A DNA stretch of 64,000 bases from Antedon mediterranea (lineage: Eukaryota > Animalia > Echinodermata), in NCBI RefSeq assembly GCF_964355755.1, contig NC_092677.1:23113175-23177174 (forward strand). The letters are read 5' to 3'. The number at the start of each line of letters is the position of its first letter. Within the stretch, counting starts at the first letter, position 1. The notes under the pieces are model-generated. The model did not search any database. It was not told where the DNA came from and saw nothing but the letters and a program-made list of their open reading frames with translations. The translations under genes were made by a program, and so were the position numbers. Of this stretch, positions 11,751-24,118 are shown one piece after another.

Positions 11751-12428
11751 ATGGAATATAAATGTGAACACTGTGGAGATAAATTTGAGTTCAGTGATTT
11801 AAAGATCCATTTAGGAATACATACAGGAACAGAGGAGTTGAAATATGAACACTACAGTATATTATTCGAAGATGATTTTAAAACACATTTAGTGAAAGAA
11901 AGTAAAGAGAACACAACACCACATGAATGTGAACACTGTGGGAAGAAATTTAAAAAAAACGGAGAATTGAAAGAACATTTGAGAATACACACAGGAGAGA
12001 CACCATTTGAATGTGAACACTGTGGGAAGAAATTTAAACAAAACGGAGGAGGATTAAAAAAACATTTGAGAGTCCACACAGGAGAGACACCATTTGAATG
12101 TGAACATTGCGGGAAGAAATTTAAACAAAGTGGAGGGTTACAATCTCATTTGAGAATACACACAGGAGAGACACGATTTGAATGTGAACACTGTGGGAAG
12201 AAATTTAAACAAAACGGAGGAGGATTAAAAAAACATTTGAGAATACACACAGGAGAAACACCATTTGAATGTGAACATTGCGGGAAGAAATTTAAACAAA
12301 ACGGAGAGTTGAAAACACATTTGAGAATACACACAGGAGAGACACCATTTGAATGTGAACATTGTGGAAAGAAATTTAAACAAAATCATCATTTGAAAAT
12401 TCATATTTTCAGAAAACACCATGATTGA
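11751..12428 (+). CDS. C2H2 zinc-finger protein copy 3 (6 fingers; only copy keeping the terminal QNHHLKIHIFRKH finger in frame)
   Basis: 225-aa ORF ending ..QNHHLKIHIFRKHHD*. Confidence 0.85.
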   Translation: MEYKCEHCGDKFEFSDLKIHLGIHTGTEELKYEHYSILFEDDFKTHLVKESKENTTPHECEHCGKKFKKNGELKEHLRIHTGETPFECEHCGKKFKQNGGGLKKHLRVHTGETPFECEHCGKKFKQSGGLQSHLRIHTGETRFECEHCGKKFKQNGGGLKKHLRIHTGETPFECEHCGKKFKQNGELKTHLRIHTGETPFECEHCGKKFKQNHHLKIHIFRKHHD

Positions 12429-13789
12429 GAGTTGTATGTATTGCAATTTTATTCAATACTGTTGGTGTATTGGTACTAGGTGTGACTAATGGTATATTTT
12501 CATAAAGGTGACACTACAACATTTATTTATAATATTATAATGTCTATCTATAATTACCACAATGATAACTTTGTACGGGTAAAATGGTTTTCCAGATAGC
12601 CTACAGTATATAAACTCTATAGTATAGAAGTCAAAATGCACTTAACGCTTGAAAGTTTCCACCATGTAAATAAAAAACAAGCTCAGACTATTTTGAACAG
12701 TTTTGTAAGACGTACTCCCAAAGGGCATGGAAAAACGCTTTCCTTGCTAATCAGTAGAATTTATTATTACTTTATCTTACACATGTTGAATCTGTATTGC
12801 AGCAAAATACATGTTTAGGCCTAGAATTTCTTTTTATGTCTTTAATAATGTTTTGTTGTTTTTTTGCTTCTTGATATACTTTTGTGTTTGTATACCTTAT
12901 TCATTCAACTCATGTATGTTGTTAATAGTAGGCCTACTAAGTAATTTTATTTATTATTTAATCTATTTGTTTTTATTGCAACAATATTTTACGAGAGTGG
13001 TCCATCCCGCCAAAGCTGATCACTAGGACACTCACAAAAATACAAAATGACGAGACATACATGTGACAATACACATTTAATTAAATTAACTGTGTAATTT
13101 ATAAAGATAAACAAAATAAAACAAAGCACAACAAAATGTTAACTTGTAGTATTGTAATGTACCGCAGGTTAAAACATTGTACTTTTGTAATTCTTTTCTC
13201 TTAGTTTAAGTGAACGCACATTTGTTTATAAAGCTTGGTTCCCACTAGAACGTAACGCAAGCACGTACTGTAAACGCAACGACTATGACAGTGACAGTTT
13301 TAGTATTATTAAATCGCAAATGTTTTACTGTATTTAGTAGTATATTATTTATAGGCCTATAAAACATGAAAGCAATATTTCGTTGCTGAGTGATAAAGAA
13401 TATATTTTAAAATGGTGCCTCTTTGTACCTTCCCTCAACCTTAATGTTACATACAAAACACAATGGGTTTGGTTAAAATCTCATTTTATTGGAGGGTAGA
13501 AAATGTAACTTGTCACCGGAGAGTAATGGTATATCTAATACGAATTGTAACGTAAACCTAAACCACTTCTTATTTGAATGTCCCTTCTACAGCGACATTG
13601 AGGAGGAAGTAACCATCCAATTAAAGCTACAATATCAATATCACAACCTTAATATAATCATACTAGCAGGTACCCGACCACTTCACTGGGCATCATATTA
13701 TTATGATTGTAAGGTTCGATAATCAAAAAGATAATAGAGTATAACAGCACAATGCAGTACACACACAAACCTATATAAAATATATAAAC

Positions 13790-14965
13790 ACGTGTCGTGT
13801 CAGCAGATTCTTTTAGTATGATACTGTGAATTTCACCAGGTCCCACCGCCTTGTTTTTATCCAGCTTAGTTAATAATTTCATGATCTCATCAACAGATAA
13901 TTTTAGAGTTGAGAGTCTCGATGCAGTTCTATACGTGAAGTCCAAAGGAAAACATCATGAGGAATAGATTGATATTTAAAATAATTGTTAAAAAGCTTTA
14001 ACTTTGTCACTATTTAAAGTTAGGACATCATCGTTTAAATTGATTGGAGGAATCTTATAATATTGTTTGGAATTACAAACTGAATTTATGGTAGACCACC
14101 AAGTTTTTGTATCACAGTTTCTATTTATTAATAAATCAAATTTTTTATCCAAAAGGATTTGTTTAGCTTTTCTTATTGCCGTAACAACTTTTGCGCGAAT
14201 TTTCTTAAAACGTTGCATATGTAAATTTTAGTTATTTCGAGTGGAATGGGCACGATTTCTTTCTAATAAGCGCATTAATCCAAGGCTTGTCATTAGGATG
14301 CACAGTTATAATCTTAGATATTATAATATAGTTATCAACACATTGATTAAATAAGTCAGTTATGACAAATATCTTCAATCTTTGAAGATGAATAAACTTC
14401 TTCCCAATTTAAAGAATTAAGAGCATTACGAAATAAATTAAATTCAGTTTTATCAAAAAGATATATTTTACGATTGTATTGGTTTGTCCCGTGTGATACG
14501 AATACCAATACTGATCACAATTCAAAAGAGGGCACAATGCACCAAAATTATTAATCCTACATTTTGACTAGTAACTATATATATGGTCAATACAAGACCG
14601 TGGGTTTTTTATACAACGTGTTGCCATATTAATGTGTTGAGCTAAAGCGTCATCATCGTACGAGTTGTATGAGCATTCATATCGCCCATCATTAAAGTTA
14701 AGCTGTGTCGGAACAAAACAAAGTTATTAGTACTGTTTTGAAAATAGTCAAGTAGATCCTGATCAGATTGAACATCACTTTGTGGTGGCCTATAACATAC
14801 ATAAGTCAAAATCATCCAGTTTGAAACTTGTATTTCACACCTTATCACATCTGACAAGAGATCATTACAAAATTGCTTAAAATTGTGCCCCTCCCTAATT
14901 TAAAAAAAAAGCTGCATTCACGCAGGTCACGTCCGCACAGCAGCTGATATTTTGCAGACCAGAGA
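13790..14965 (-). mobile_element. Degenerate CR1-like LINE remnant, cassette 4 (least deleted copy)
   Basis: Adds KKIRAKVVTAIRKAK..NCDTKTWWSTIN..IPPI..NSDKVKAF, the linker typical of CR1-type ORF2. Confidence 0.8.
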
Positions 14966-15102
14966 GGATTACTAGTCTTAGAACCACGTTAGCAACAGGT
15001 TAAAAACTGCAGTACTGTGCGAAACAAAAAAGATATATATTATATCATTGATTTGTCGGGTCTCGGTACTTCAAAGTGTACGACCTTAACGAAATCTAAG
15101 AT

Positions 15103-16026
15103 ATGGAATATAAATGTGAACACTGTGGAGATAAATTTGAGTTCAGTGATTTAAAGATCCATTTAGGAATACATACAGAAACAGAGGAGTTGAAATATGA
15201 ACACTACAGTATATTATTCGAAGATGATTTTAAAACATATTTAGTTAAAGAAAGTAAAGAGAACACAACACCACATGAATGTGAACACTGTGGGAAGAAA
15301 TTTAAAAAAAACGGAGAATTGAAAGAACATTTGAGAATACACACAGGAGAGACACCATTTGAATGTGAACACTGTGGGAAGAAATTTAAACAAAACGGAG
15401 GAGGGTTAAAAAAACATTTGAGAATCCACACAGGAGAGACACCATTTGAATGTGAACATTGCGGGAAGAAATTTAAGCAAAACGGACAGTTGAAAACACA
15501 TTTGAGAACACACACAGGAGAGACACCATTTAAATGTGAACATTGCGGGAAGAAATTTAAACAAAACGGAGAGTTGAAAACACATTTGAGAATACACACA
15601 GGAGAGACACCATTTGAATGTGAAGATTGCGGGAAGAAATTTAAACAAAACGGAGAGTTGAAAACACATTTGAGAATACACACAGGAGAGACACCATTTA
15701 AATGTGAACATTGCGGGAAGAAATTTAAGCAAAACGGACAGTTGAAAACACATTTGAGAACACACACAGGAGAGACACCATTTGAATGTGAACATTGCGG
15801 GAAGAAATTTAAACAAAGTGGAGGGTTACAATCTCATTTGAGAATACACACAGGAGAAACACCATTTGAATGTGAACATTGTGGAAAGAAATTTAAACAC
15901 AGTGGAGGGTTACAATCTCATTTGAGAATACACACAGGAGAAACACCATTTGAATGTGAACATTGTGGAAAGAAATTTAAACACAGTGGAGGGTTAAAAA
16001 AACATTTGAGAATACACACCATTTGA
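15103..16026 (+). CDS. C2H2 zinc-finger protein copy 4 (9 array fingers)
   Basis: 307-aa ORF with the same architecture. Confidence 0.85.
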   Translation: MEYKCEHCGDKFEFSDLKIHLGIHTETEELKYEHYSILFEDDFKTYLVKESKENTTPHECEHCGKKFKKNGELKEHLRIHTGETPFECEHCGKKFKQNGGGLKKHLRIHTGETPFECEHCGKKFKQNGQLKTHLRTHTGETPFKCEHCGKKFKQNGELKTHLRIHTGETPFECEDCGKKFKQNGELKTHLRIHTGETPFKCEHCGKKFKQNGQLKTHLRTHTGETPFECEHCGKKFKQSGGLQSHLRIHTGETPFECEHCGKKFKHSGGLQSHLRIHTGETPFECEHCGKKFKHSGGLKKHLRIHTI

Positions 16027-18353
16027 ATGTGAACATTGTGGAAAGAAATTTAAACAAAATCATAACTTAAAAATGCATTTTTTCAGAAAACACCATGATT
16101 GAGAGGGAGATTTAGAGTTGTATGTATTGCGATTTTATTCAATATTGCTTTGCTCGCTCCCCCTCTAGGAAGTGTAGACGATGGAATGATAAATGTACGT
16201 TTTCTGTCGGTTACCATTATTGAAAATTGGGAATAGGTGTTTTATATAAGTATAAAAATAGTAAGTTTTTCCATTGTGTTCGCCTATGTCAGAATTAGCC
16301 ATAATTTATATATAGATGATGACTTTGTATGGGTAAAATGGTTTTCCAGATAGCCTATATAAACTCTATAGTATAGAAGTCAAAATGCACCTAACGCTAG
16401 AAAGTTTCCACCATGTAAATAATAAACAAACTCAGACTATTGTTGACAAGTTTTGTAAGACGTACTCCAAAAGGGCATGGAAAAACGCTTTCCTTGCTAA
16501 TCAGTAGAATTTATTATTACTTTATCTTACACATGCTGAATCTGTATTACAGCAAAATACATGTTTAGGCCTAGAATTTCTTTTTATGTCTTTAATAATG
16601 TTTTGTTGTTTTTTTGCTTCTTGATATACTTTTGTGTTTTTATACCTTATTCATTCAACTCATGTATGTTGTTAATAGTAGGCCTACTAAGTAATTTTAT
16701 TTATTATTTCATCTATTTGTTTTTATTTCAACAATATTTTACGAGGGTGGTCCATCCCGCCAAAGCTGATCACTAGGACACTCACTAAAATACAAAATGA
16801 CGAGACATAAATGTGACAATACACATTTAATTAAATTAACTGTGTAATTTATAAAGATAAACAAAATAAAACAAAGCACAACAAAATGTTAACTTGTAGT
16901 ATTGTAATGTACCGTAGGTTAAAACATTGTACTTTTGTAATTCTTTTCTCTTAGTTTAAGTGAACGCACATTTGTTTATAAAGCTTGGTTCCCACTAGAA
17001 CGTAACGCAAGCACGTAAACGCAAAGACTATGACAGTGACAGTTTTAGTATTATTAAATCGCAAATGTTTTACTGTATTTAGTAGTATATTATTTATAGG
17101 CCTATAAAACATGAAAGCAATATTTCGTTGCTGAGTGGATAAAGAATATATTTTAAAATGGTGCCTCTTTGTACCTTTCCTTAACCTTAATGTTACATAC
17201 AAAACACAATGGGTTTGTTAAATGAGTCCAAAAATCAAAAATTTGGTTTGTCTTTCGGATGTAATTCACAGGGTGCTAATTTTAGTTGACTGCATACATC
17301 ATCGTGTCTATTGTATTCGTGTCTGTAAACGACAGTGTAATAATAGTGCAATAACAATGTAATAAATTGTGCAAAAGGTTAAAAACTGCAGTACTGTGCG
17401 AAACAAGAAAGATATATATTATATCATTGATTTGTCGGGTCTCAGTTATCGTATTTCAAAGTGTACGACCTTAACGAAATCTAAGATAAGGAATATAAAT
17501 GTGAACACTGTGGAGATAAATTTGAGTTCAGACTTGAAGATCCATTTAGGAATACATACAGGAATAGAATAGTTGAAATATGGACACTACAGTCAAGAGA
17601 GAATATTATTCGAAGAATATTTTAAAACACATTAGTGAAGAAAGAGAACACTGTGGGAAGAAATTGTAACTAAGTGGAGGGTTAAAATCTCATTTGAGAA
17701 TACACACAGGAGAGACACCATTTGAATGTGAACATTGCGGGAAGAAATTTAAAACAAGTGGGAATTTGAAAGAGCATTCGAGAATACACACAGGAGAGAC
17801 ACCTTTGAATATTAACATTGCGGGAAGAAATTTAAACAAAATGGAAGGTTAAAATCTTATTTTATTGGAGGGTAGAAAATGTAACTGGTCACCGTAGAGT
17901 AATGGTATATCTAATACGAATTGTAACGTAAACCTAAACCACTTCCTATTTGAATGTCCCTTCTACAACGACATTGAGGAGGAAGTAACCATCCAATTAA
18001 AGCTACAATATCAATATCACAACCTTAATATAATCATAATCATCATTTCACCAGGTCCCACCGCCTTGTTTTTATCCAGCATAGTTAATAATTTCATGAT
18101 CTCATCAACAGATAATTTTAGAGTTGAGAGTCTCAATGCAGTTCTATACGTGAAGTCCGAAGGAAAATCATCATGATTAGGAATAAACGATTGATATTAA
18201 ACATTTTGCGCGAATTTTCTTAAAACCTTGCATATGTAAATTGGAGTTATTTCGAGTGGAATGGGCACGATTTCTTTCTAATAAGCGCATTAATCCAAGG
18301 CTTGTTATTAGGACGCACAGTTATAACCTTATATATTATAATATAGTTATCAA

Positions 18354-21300
18354 ATGAATTTATGAATAATTTACATAAGGCTCAGAAGAAATGGACGAAT
18401 AACCTAAAAGATAAATTATTAAAACTATCTAAAGACTTGATGTTAATAATTTAATTATTTTATCGATTCCTTTTTCTTTCTTACCTTATCATAATGGACA
18501 CAAATCCTGCATATCAACGTAAAATCTGTTTATAAGCATCACATACAGTATACCTTTTTAAGATGACAATAGTTCAAATACATGTAGCATGTCAATATAA
18601 TCTGTATGTATTGGTATGTGTTTAACATATATATCTTTCTATATTTGCATTATTTTATATCGTATACATGTCAATTTAATCTATAGGTATGTGTATTTGT
18701 TCAATATATATACTTCTATACTACTATAATAGGTTATACCGTAAATACAAATTGTAAGTAGTAGTTGTACTAAGATGACATCGGGTATGAAGCGTCTCAC
18801 ATACACACAGAGCCAAAATTGCATCTTGGACTTGCACCGTGTATGGACTCTAACCTTACGGTTTCCATTAAATATACCATTTCATGCTATCATTCTAAAT
18901 AACTAACTTTCAACCTACTGCATTCCTCTTTTTTTCATACCATCCATCTTATCTTGGTGAAAAGGGAGGATACTACATTTTCCTCCCCTGAGTTTATAGC
19001 CTCTCTACTCGAACACAAACTCGAACACAAATAAGATCACAAATAAGATAGTTTAACTTCTTGAAGAATCTTGCTTAATTATACAATCTTTTAAGTTGAA
19101 CTCCAGTAGCTGTAGTATCCACCTATTACCAAGGAGGCCAAAAAGAAAAACCAGGCGTGGTACAAGAGCTGGGCGTGACAAACACACTAAAAACAATCTA
19201 TCATTTCCGGACTTATCATCAAACTCTCTCTTATCTAAAAACAATATTAAATTTTGCAGTATTAATACAAGATCCGTTCGGAACAAAACAACAGAATTTG
19301 TGGATTTCGTTATCGAACATAATCTGGATGTTGTTGCCCTTTCGGAAACGTGGCTTAAACCAGAAGACACATCAGTTATAGGAAATATTACACCCAACGG
19401 ATACTCTCTCAAACATGCTCCCCGTGCTGGTACTAAAAGAGGTGGTGGAGTTGCACTTCTTTACAAGGAAAGCATAGCGGTTAAATGTTATGACACGGGA
19501 TTATTACCAATATCATTTGAACTGCTAAATGTGGAAATAGTCAGCAATGCATCCTCAGTTTTCCTCGTAGCAGTATATCGTCCTCAAAGCAAATCAACGG
19601 GTTGCAGTCTAAATGTTTTCACTGAAGAATTCTCAACTTTGGTTGATCACTATGTATTGAAGCCGGCTCCCATACTATTCGTTGGAGACTTTAACATCCA
19701 TGTGGATATGCCAAATGATGCAGATGCAATTCATTTTCGGAATCTACTTGTAGCAAGCAGTCTTCAACAGCATGTGTCTACACCTACACACCGACATGGT
19801 CATACATTAGACTTGCTGATCACTCGTTCATCTGATCCTCCTGTTTTCTCAAACCTTAATGTCATTGATGGTATATCAGATCACTATGCAATCACATGTA
19901 ATCTCCTTATCAAGAAGCCACCCGTAATCACTAAATCCATCGAAACTCGTCATTGGAATGCTATAAATTTTGAGACATTATGTAAAGATATCACACAGTC
20001 TGATCTCGGAACTTCGCTCTCAAATCTTGATTTATCAAGTAAAGTACGACTATATGTCACCACTTTGAGTGAACTTCTTGACAAACACGCACCACCGAAA
20101 AAGAGAACAGTAAAGGTCCGACCAAACACTAGTTGGTATAACAGTGACATCTATGCTGAGAAAAGAACAAAGCGTAAGCTTGAAAAGAAATGGAGAATCT
20201 CTCATCTGGAAATAGATCGTCAAGCTTACATTGCACAGAAGAGGAATGTAAATTCCATGGTAAGAAAGGCAAAGGCCAACTACTACATTGGCTTGTGTGA
20301 AGAACATGCAGCAGATCAGAAAGGACTTTTTAAAATTGTTAACCAACTCCTTCATCATCGCCAGGTATCACCTCTCCCAGATAGTCTTTCTGACTTAGAT
20401 CTTGCGAACAGGTTCTGTCAGTTTTTCACAGACAAGATCAAGATCATCAGAGACGACTTCAAGATTGATGACATGTCATTTAATGAGCCTGTGACAGCTG
20501 TTCATCAGCATCTCACAACATTTACACCAGCATCTCAAGATGAGATCCGCAACATTCTGATGAAATCACCAACAAAATCATGCAGGTTAGATCCAGTTCC
20601 TACTTCTATACTGAAGAAGTGTATAGACGCAGTTGTTCCAATAATAACGGAAATCATTAACCATTCTCTTAATACCGGCATAGTGCCAGATGAACTGAAA
20701 ATTGCTCACGTTCGTCCTTTAATAAAAAAGCAAAACTTGGATCATAACACGCTGAAAAATTACCGCCCGGTGTCGAATCTTTCTTTTCTTGGAAAGACTC
20801 TGGAGCGTGTAGTGACATCACGCATTACTCCATATCTTCAAAAGCATAATTTAAATGAGAATTACCAGTCGGCATATCGTGCATGTCATAGCACGGAGAG
20901 TTCCCTTTTAAAGGTACAGAATGATTTGTTACAAGGAATGAATGATGGGAAAATAACGCTATTGGTGTTGTTGGATTTGTCAGCAGCGTTTGATACAGTT
21001 GATCACCAAAGACTGATAACCCGTCTGAGAAATCGCATTGGCATAAATGGTGTTGCTCTTAACTGGTTCCAGTCATATCTTACAGGAAGACGTCAGCTAG
21101 TCTGTATCAATGATGCATTCTCAGATGAAGCTTGCCTGGAATATGGTGTACCACAGGGGTCAGTAATTGGGCCTGGCCAGTTTTCTATTTATACGCTTCC
21201 CCTTGGTGACATTATTCGCAAACACAGTCTACATTTCCATTTCTATGCAGATGATACACAGATTTATGTGTCAGTAAATCCAGTGCAAAGGGATGTTGCT

Positions 21301-22424
21301 GCAGCAATCAGTAAGATGGAAGCCTGTATAGAAGATGTTCGCAATTGGATGACAACAAATTACCTAAAGTTGAATGATGGAAAGACAGAGTTTATTATCG
21401 TCGGGTCTAAATGTAACATCTCCAAAATCAACATCACACATATCAGAATCGGAAACTCTAACATCGCTCCCTCATCGGTGGTCCGGAATCTGGGAATCAT
21501 GCTGGATAGTAATCTCACTATGGAAGCACAAATAACAACTGTATCCAAAGCAGCATGCATATCGATTAGGAACCTTGGTCGTATTCGCGGTAATCTTAAC
21601 AAGAAAACAGCTGAATTGATTGTACACTCATTTGTCACTTCTAAAATTGACATTGGTAATGCCTTGTTGTTTGGCATACCAAAATCTCAAATACAACGTT
21701 TGCAGCGCTTGCAAAATATGGCAGCTAGAATTGTAACTTATACAAAATCAAACGCTCACCTAACTCCTGTCCTGATGGATTTGCATTGGTTGCCTGTTCA
21801 ACAACGTATTAAGTACAAACTTGCGTTGTTTGTATTCAAGATCCTAAATGACAGTGCTCCTGCTTATTTATCTGACCTTGTGGATCGTTACGAATCATCC
21901 CGCAGAGGCCTACGATCATTGTCACAAAACCTTCTTCAAGAGCGTAGAGCGAAAAATCAGTGGGGTCAGAGATCTTTTTACGTTGCGGCCGCAAGTGTAT
22001 GGAACAGCTTACCAGCAACAGTTAAATGCTCAACTAGTCTAAACAGTTTCAAGACCAACCTAAAGACGTCGCTATTCGCTGATGTTCTCGCACGTTGTTA
22101 ATGCACAAAGCACCATGAGCGCCACATGGGTGGAGGATACCGGCGCTATATAAGTTTTCATTTATCATTATCAAGACAATTTTAATCATGTATTTTACCG
22201 CCATTTTTCATTTCTACATTTTAATTAACATCGTATCTAAAATTTTAAATGAGAAAATATATGGTTAGTAATGAATTCTGGCATCTTATTATGTAAATAT
22301 ACCGGTATTTTAACTACTCTAAACACTTACTTTTAATTGTCACAAATGTACTTATATGTATATAATATATTCATCAATGAGAATTTAAATAAACGTGAGA
22401 AGAACTCACACAAGACAAAAAAAA
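18354..22424 (+). mobile_element. Composite retro-insertion with polyA tail and 16-bp TSD (outer 5'-truncated LINE tail, possibly Tx1/L1-like, containing L2)
   Basis: ATAATATAGTTATCAA at 18338-18353 and 22425-22440, single in the other cassettes; AATAAA at 22388 and an A-run before the right TSD; 5' end reads ..NNLHKAQKKWTN.. then AT-rich UTR-like DNA. Confidence 0.8.
19096..22101 (+). CDS. L2-clade LINE ORF2 (APE endonuclease plus reverse transcriptase), uninterrupted
   Basis: SETWL, YRP, GDFN, DH (APE); NYRPVSNL, DLSAAFDTV, GVPQGS, FYADD (RT); LHWLPV..RIKYK C-terminus; L2-like tail gcgctatataag..cattatca to ~22172. The true start codon is uncertain. Confidence 0.92.
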   Translation: MNSSSCSIHLLPRRPKRKTRRGTRAGRDKHTKNNLSFPDLSSNSLLSKNNIKFCSINTRSVRNKTTEFVDFVIEHNLDVVALSETWLKPEDTSVIGNITPNGYSLKHAPRAGTKRGGGVALLYKESIAVKCYDTGLLPISFELLNVEIVSNASSVFLVAVYRPQSKSTGCSLNVFTEEFSTLVDHYVLKPAPILFVGDFNIHVDMPNDADAIHFRNLLVASSLQQHVSTPTHRHGHTLDLLITRSSDPPVFSNLNVIDGISDHYAITCNLLIKKPPVITKSIETRHWNAINFETLCKDITQSDLGTSLSNLDLSSKVRLYVTTLSELLDKHAPPKKRTVKVRPNTSWYNSDIYAEKRTKRKLEKKWRISHLEIDRQAYIAQKRNVNSMVRKAKANYYIGLCEEHAADQKGLFKIVNQLLHHRQVSPLPDSLSDLDLANRFCQFFTDKIKIIRDDFKIDDMSFNEPVTAVHQHLTTFTPASQDEIRNILMKSPTKSCRLDPVPTSILKKCIDAVVPIITEIINHSLNTGIVPDELKIAHVRPLIKKQNLDHNTLKNYRPVSNLSFLGKTLERVVTSRITPYLQKHNLNENYQSAYRACHSTESSLLKVQNDLLQGMNDGKITLLVLLDLSAAFDTVDHQRLITRLRNRIGINGVALNWFQSYLTGRRQLVCINDAFSDEACLEYGVPQGSVIGPGQFSIYTLPLGDIIRKHSLHFHFYADDTQIYVSVNPVQRDVAAAISKMEACIEDVRNWMTTNYLKLNDGKTEFIIVGSKCNISKINITHIRIGNSNIAPSSVVRNLGIMLDSNLTMEAQITTVSKAACISIRNLGRIRGNLNKKTAELIVHSFVTSKIDIGNALLFGIPKSQIQRLQRLQNMAARIVTYTKSNAHLTPVLMDLHWLPVQQRIKYKLALFVFKILNDSAPAYLSDLVDRYESSRRGLRSLSQNLLQERRAKNQWGQRSFYVAAASVWNSLPATVKCSTSLNSFKTNLKTSLFADVLARC

Positions 22425-23065
22425 ATAATATAGTTATCAACACATTGATTAAATAAGTCAATTATGACAAATATCTTCAACCTTTGAAGATGAATAACTT
22501 TTTCCCAATTTACAGAATTAAGAGCATTACGAAATAAATTAAATTCAGTTTTGTCAAAAAGATATATTTTATGATTGTATGGCTTGTCCCGTCTGATATG
22601 AATATCAATACTGATCACAATTTAAAAGAGGGCACAATGCACCAAAATTATTAATATATACATTTTGACTAGTAACTATATATATATGGTCAATACAAGA
22701 CCGTTGGTTTTTTATACAACGTGTTGGCATATTAATGTGTTAATGCGTCATCATTGTACAAGTTGATATTTTGAGAATTCATATCGCCCATCATTAAAGT
22801 TAAGCTGTGTCGGAACAAAACAAAGTTATTAGTACTGTTTTGAAAATAGTCAAGTAGATCCTGATCAGATTGTACATCACTTTGTGGTGGCCTATAACAT
22901 ACATAAGTCAAAATCGTCCAGTTTGAAACTTGTGTTTCACACCTTATCACATCTGACAAGAGATCATTACAAAATTGCTTAAAATTGTGCCCCTCCCTAA
23001 TTTAAGAAAAGCTGCATTCATGCAGGTCACGTCCGCACAGCAGATGATATTTTGCAGACCAGAGA
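22425..23065 (-). mobile_element. Degenerate CR1-like LINE remnant, cassette 5 (continues at 18045-18353)
   Basis: ORFs 22406-22618 and 22732-22959 are paralogous to the other cassettes. Confidence 0.8.
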
Positions 23066-23191
23066 GGGTTACTGCTTTTAGCAACAGGTTAAAAACTGCA
23101 GTACTGTGCGAAACAAAAAAGATATATATTATATCATTGATTTGTCGGGTCGCAGTATTTCAAAGTGTACGACCTTAACGAAATCTAAGAT

Positions 23192-24118
23192 ATGGAATAT
23201 AAATGTGAACACTGTGGAGATAAATTTGAGTTCAGTGATTTAAAGATCCATTTAGGAATACATACAGGAACAGAGGAGTTGAAATATGAACACTACAGTA
23301 TATTATTCGAAGATGATTTTAAAACACATTTAGTGAAAGAAAGTAAAGAGAACACATCACCACATGAATGTGAACACTGTGGGAAGAAATTTAAACAAAA
23401 CGGAGAATTGAAAGAACATTTGAGAATACACACAGGAGAGACACCATTTGAATGTGAACACTGTGGGAAGAAATTTAAACAAAACGGAGGAGGATTAAAA
23501 AAACATTTGAGAATCCACACAGGAGAGACACCATTTGAATGTGAACATTGCGGGAAGAAATTTAAACAAAGTGGAGGGTTACAATCTCATTTGAGAATAC
23601 ACACAGGAGAGACACGATTTGAATGTGAATACTGTGGGAAGAAATTTAAACAAAACGGAGGAGGATTAAAAAAACATTTGAGAATACACACAGGAGAAAC
23701 ACCATTTGAATGTGAACATTGCGGGAAGAAATTTAAACAAAACGGAGAGTTGAAAACACATTTGAGAATACACACAGGAGAGACACCATTTGAATGTGAA
23801 CATTGCGGGAAGAAATTTAAACAAAGCGGAGGGTTACAATCTCATTTGAGAATACACACAGGAGAAACACCATTTGAATGTGAACTTTGTGGAAAGAAAT
23901 TTAAACACAGTGGAGGGTTAAAAAAACATTTGAGAATACACACAGGAGAGACACCATTTGAATGTGAACATTGCGGAAAGAAATTCAAACAAAGTGGAGG
24001 GTTAAAATCTCATTTGAGAATACACACAGGAGAGACACCATTTGAATGTGAACATTGTGGAAAGAAATTTAAACACAGTGGAGGGTTAAAAAAACATTTG
24101 AGAATACACACCATTTGA
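23192..24118 (+). CDS. C2H2 zinc-finger protein copy 5 (9 array fingers)
   Basis: 308-aa ORF; first five fingers follow copy 3, including the TGETRF linker variant. Confidence 0.85.
   Translation: MEYKCEHCGDKFEFSDLKIHLGIHTGTEELKYEHYSILFEDDFKTHLVKESKENTSPHECEHCGKKFKQNGELKEHLRIHTGETPFECEHCGKKFKQNGGGLKKHLRIHTGETPFECEHCGKKFKQSGGLQSHLRIHTGETRFECEYCGKKFKQNGGGLKKHLRIHTGETPFECEHCGKKFKQNGELKTHLRIHTGETPFECEHCGKKFKQSGGLQSHLRIHTGETPFECELCGKKFKHSGGLKKHLRIHTGETPFECEHCGKKFKQSGGLKSHLRIHTGETPFECEHCGKKFKHSGGLKKHLRIHTI

Noticed and set aside
2675-24118. CRISPR-like array or PRDM9 ortholog call for the 84-bp repeats
   Set aside because: The repeats are contiguous coding ZF units without unique spacers, and no KRAB, SSXRD or SET exons were found, so no gene symbol is assigned.
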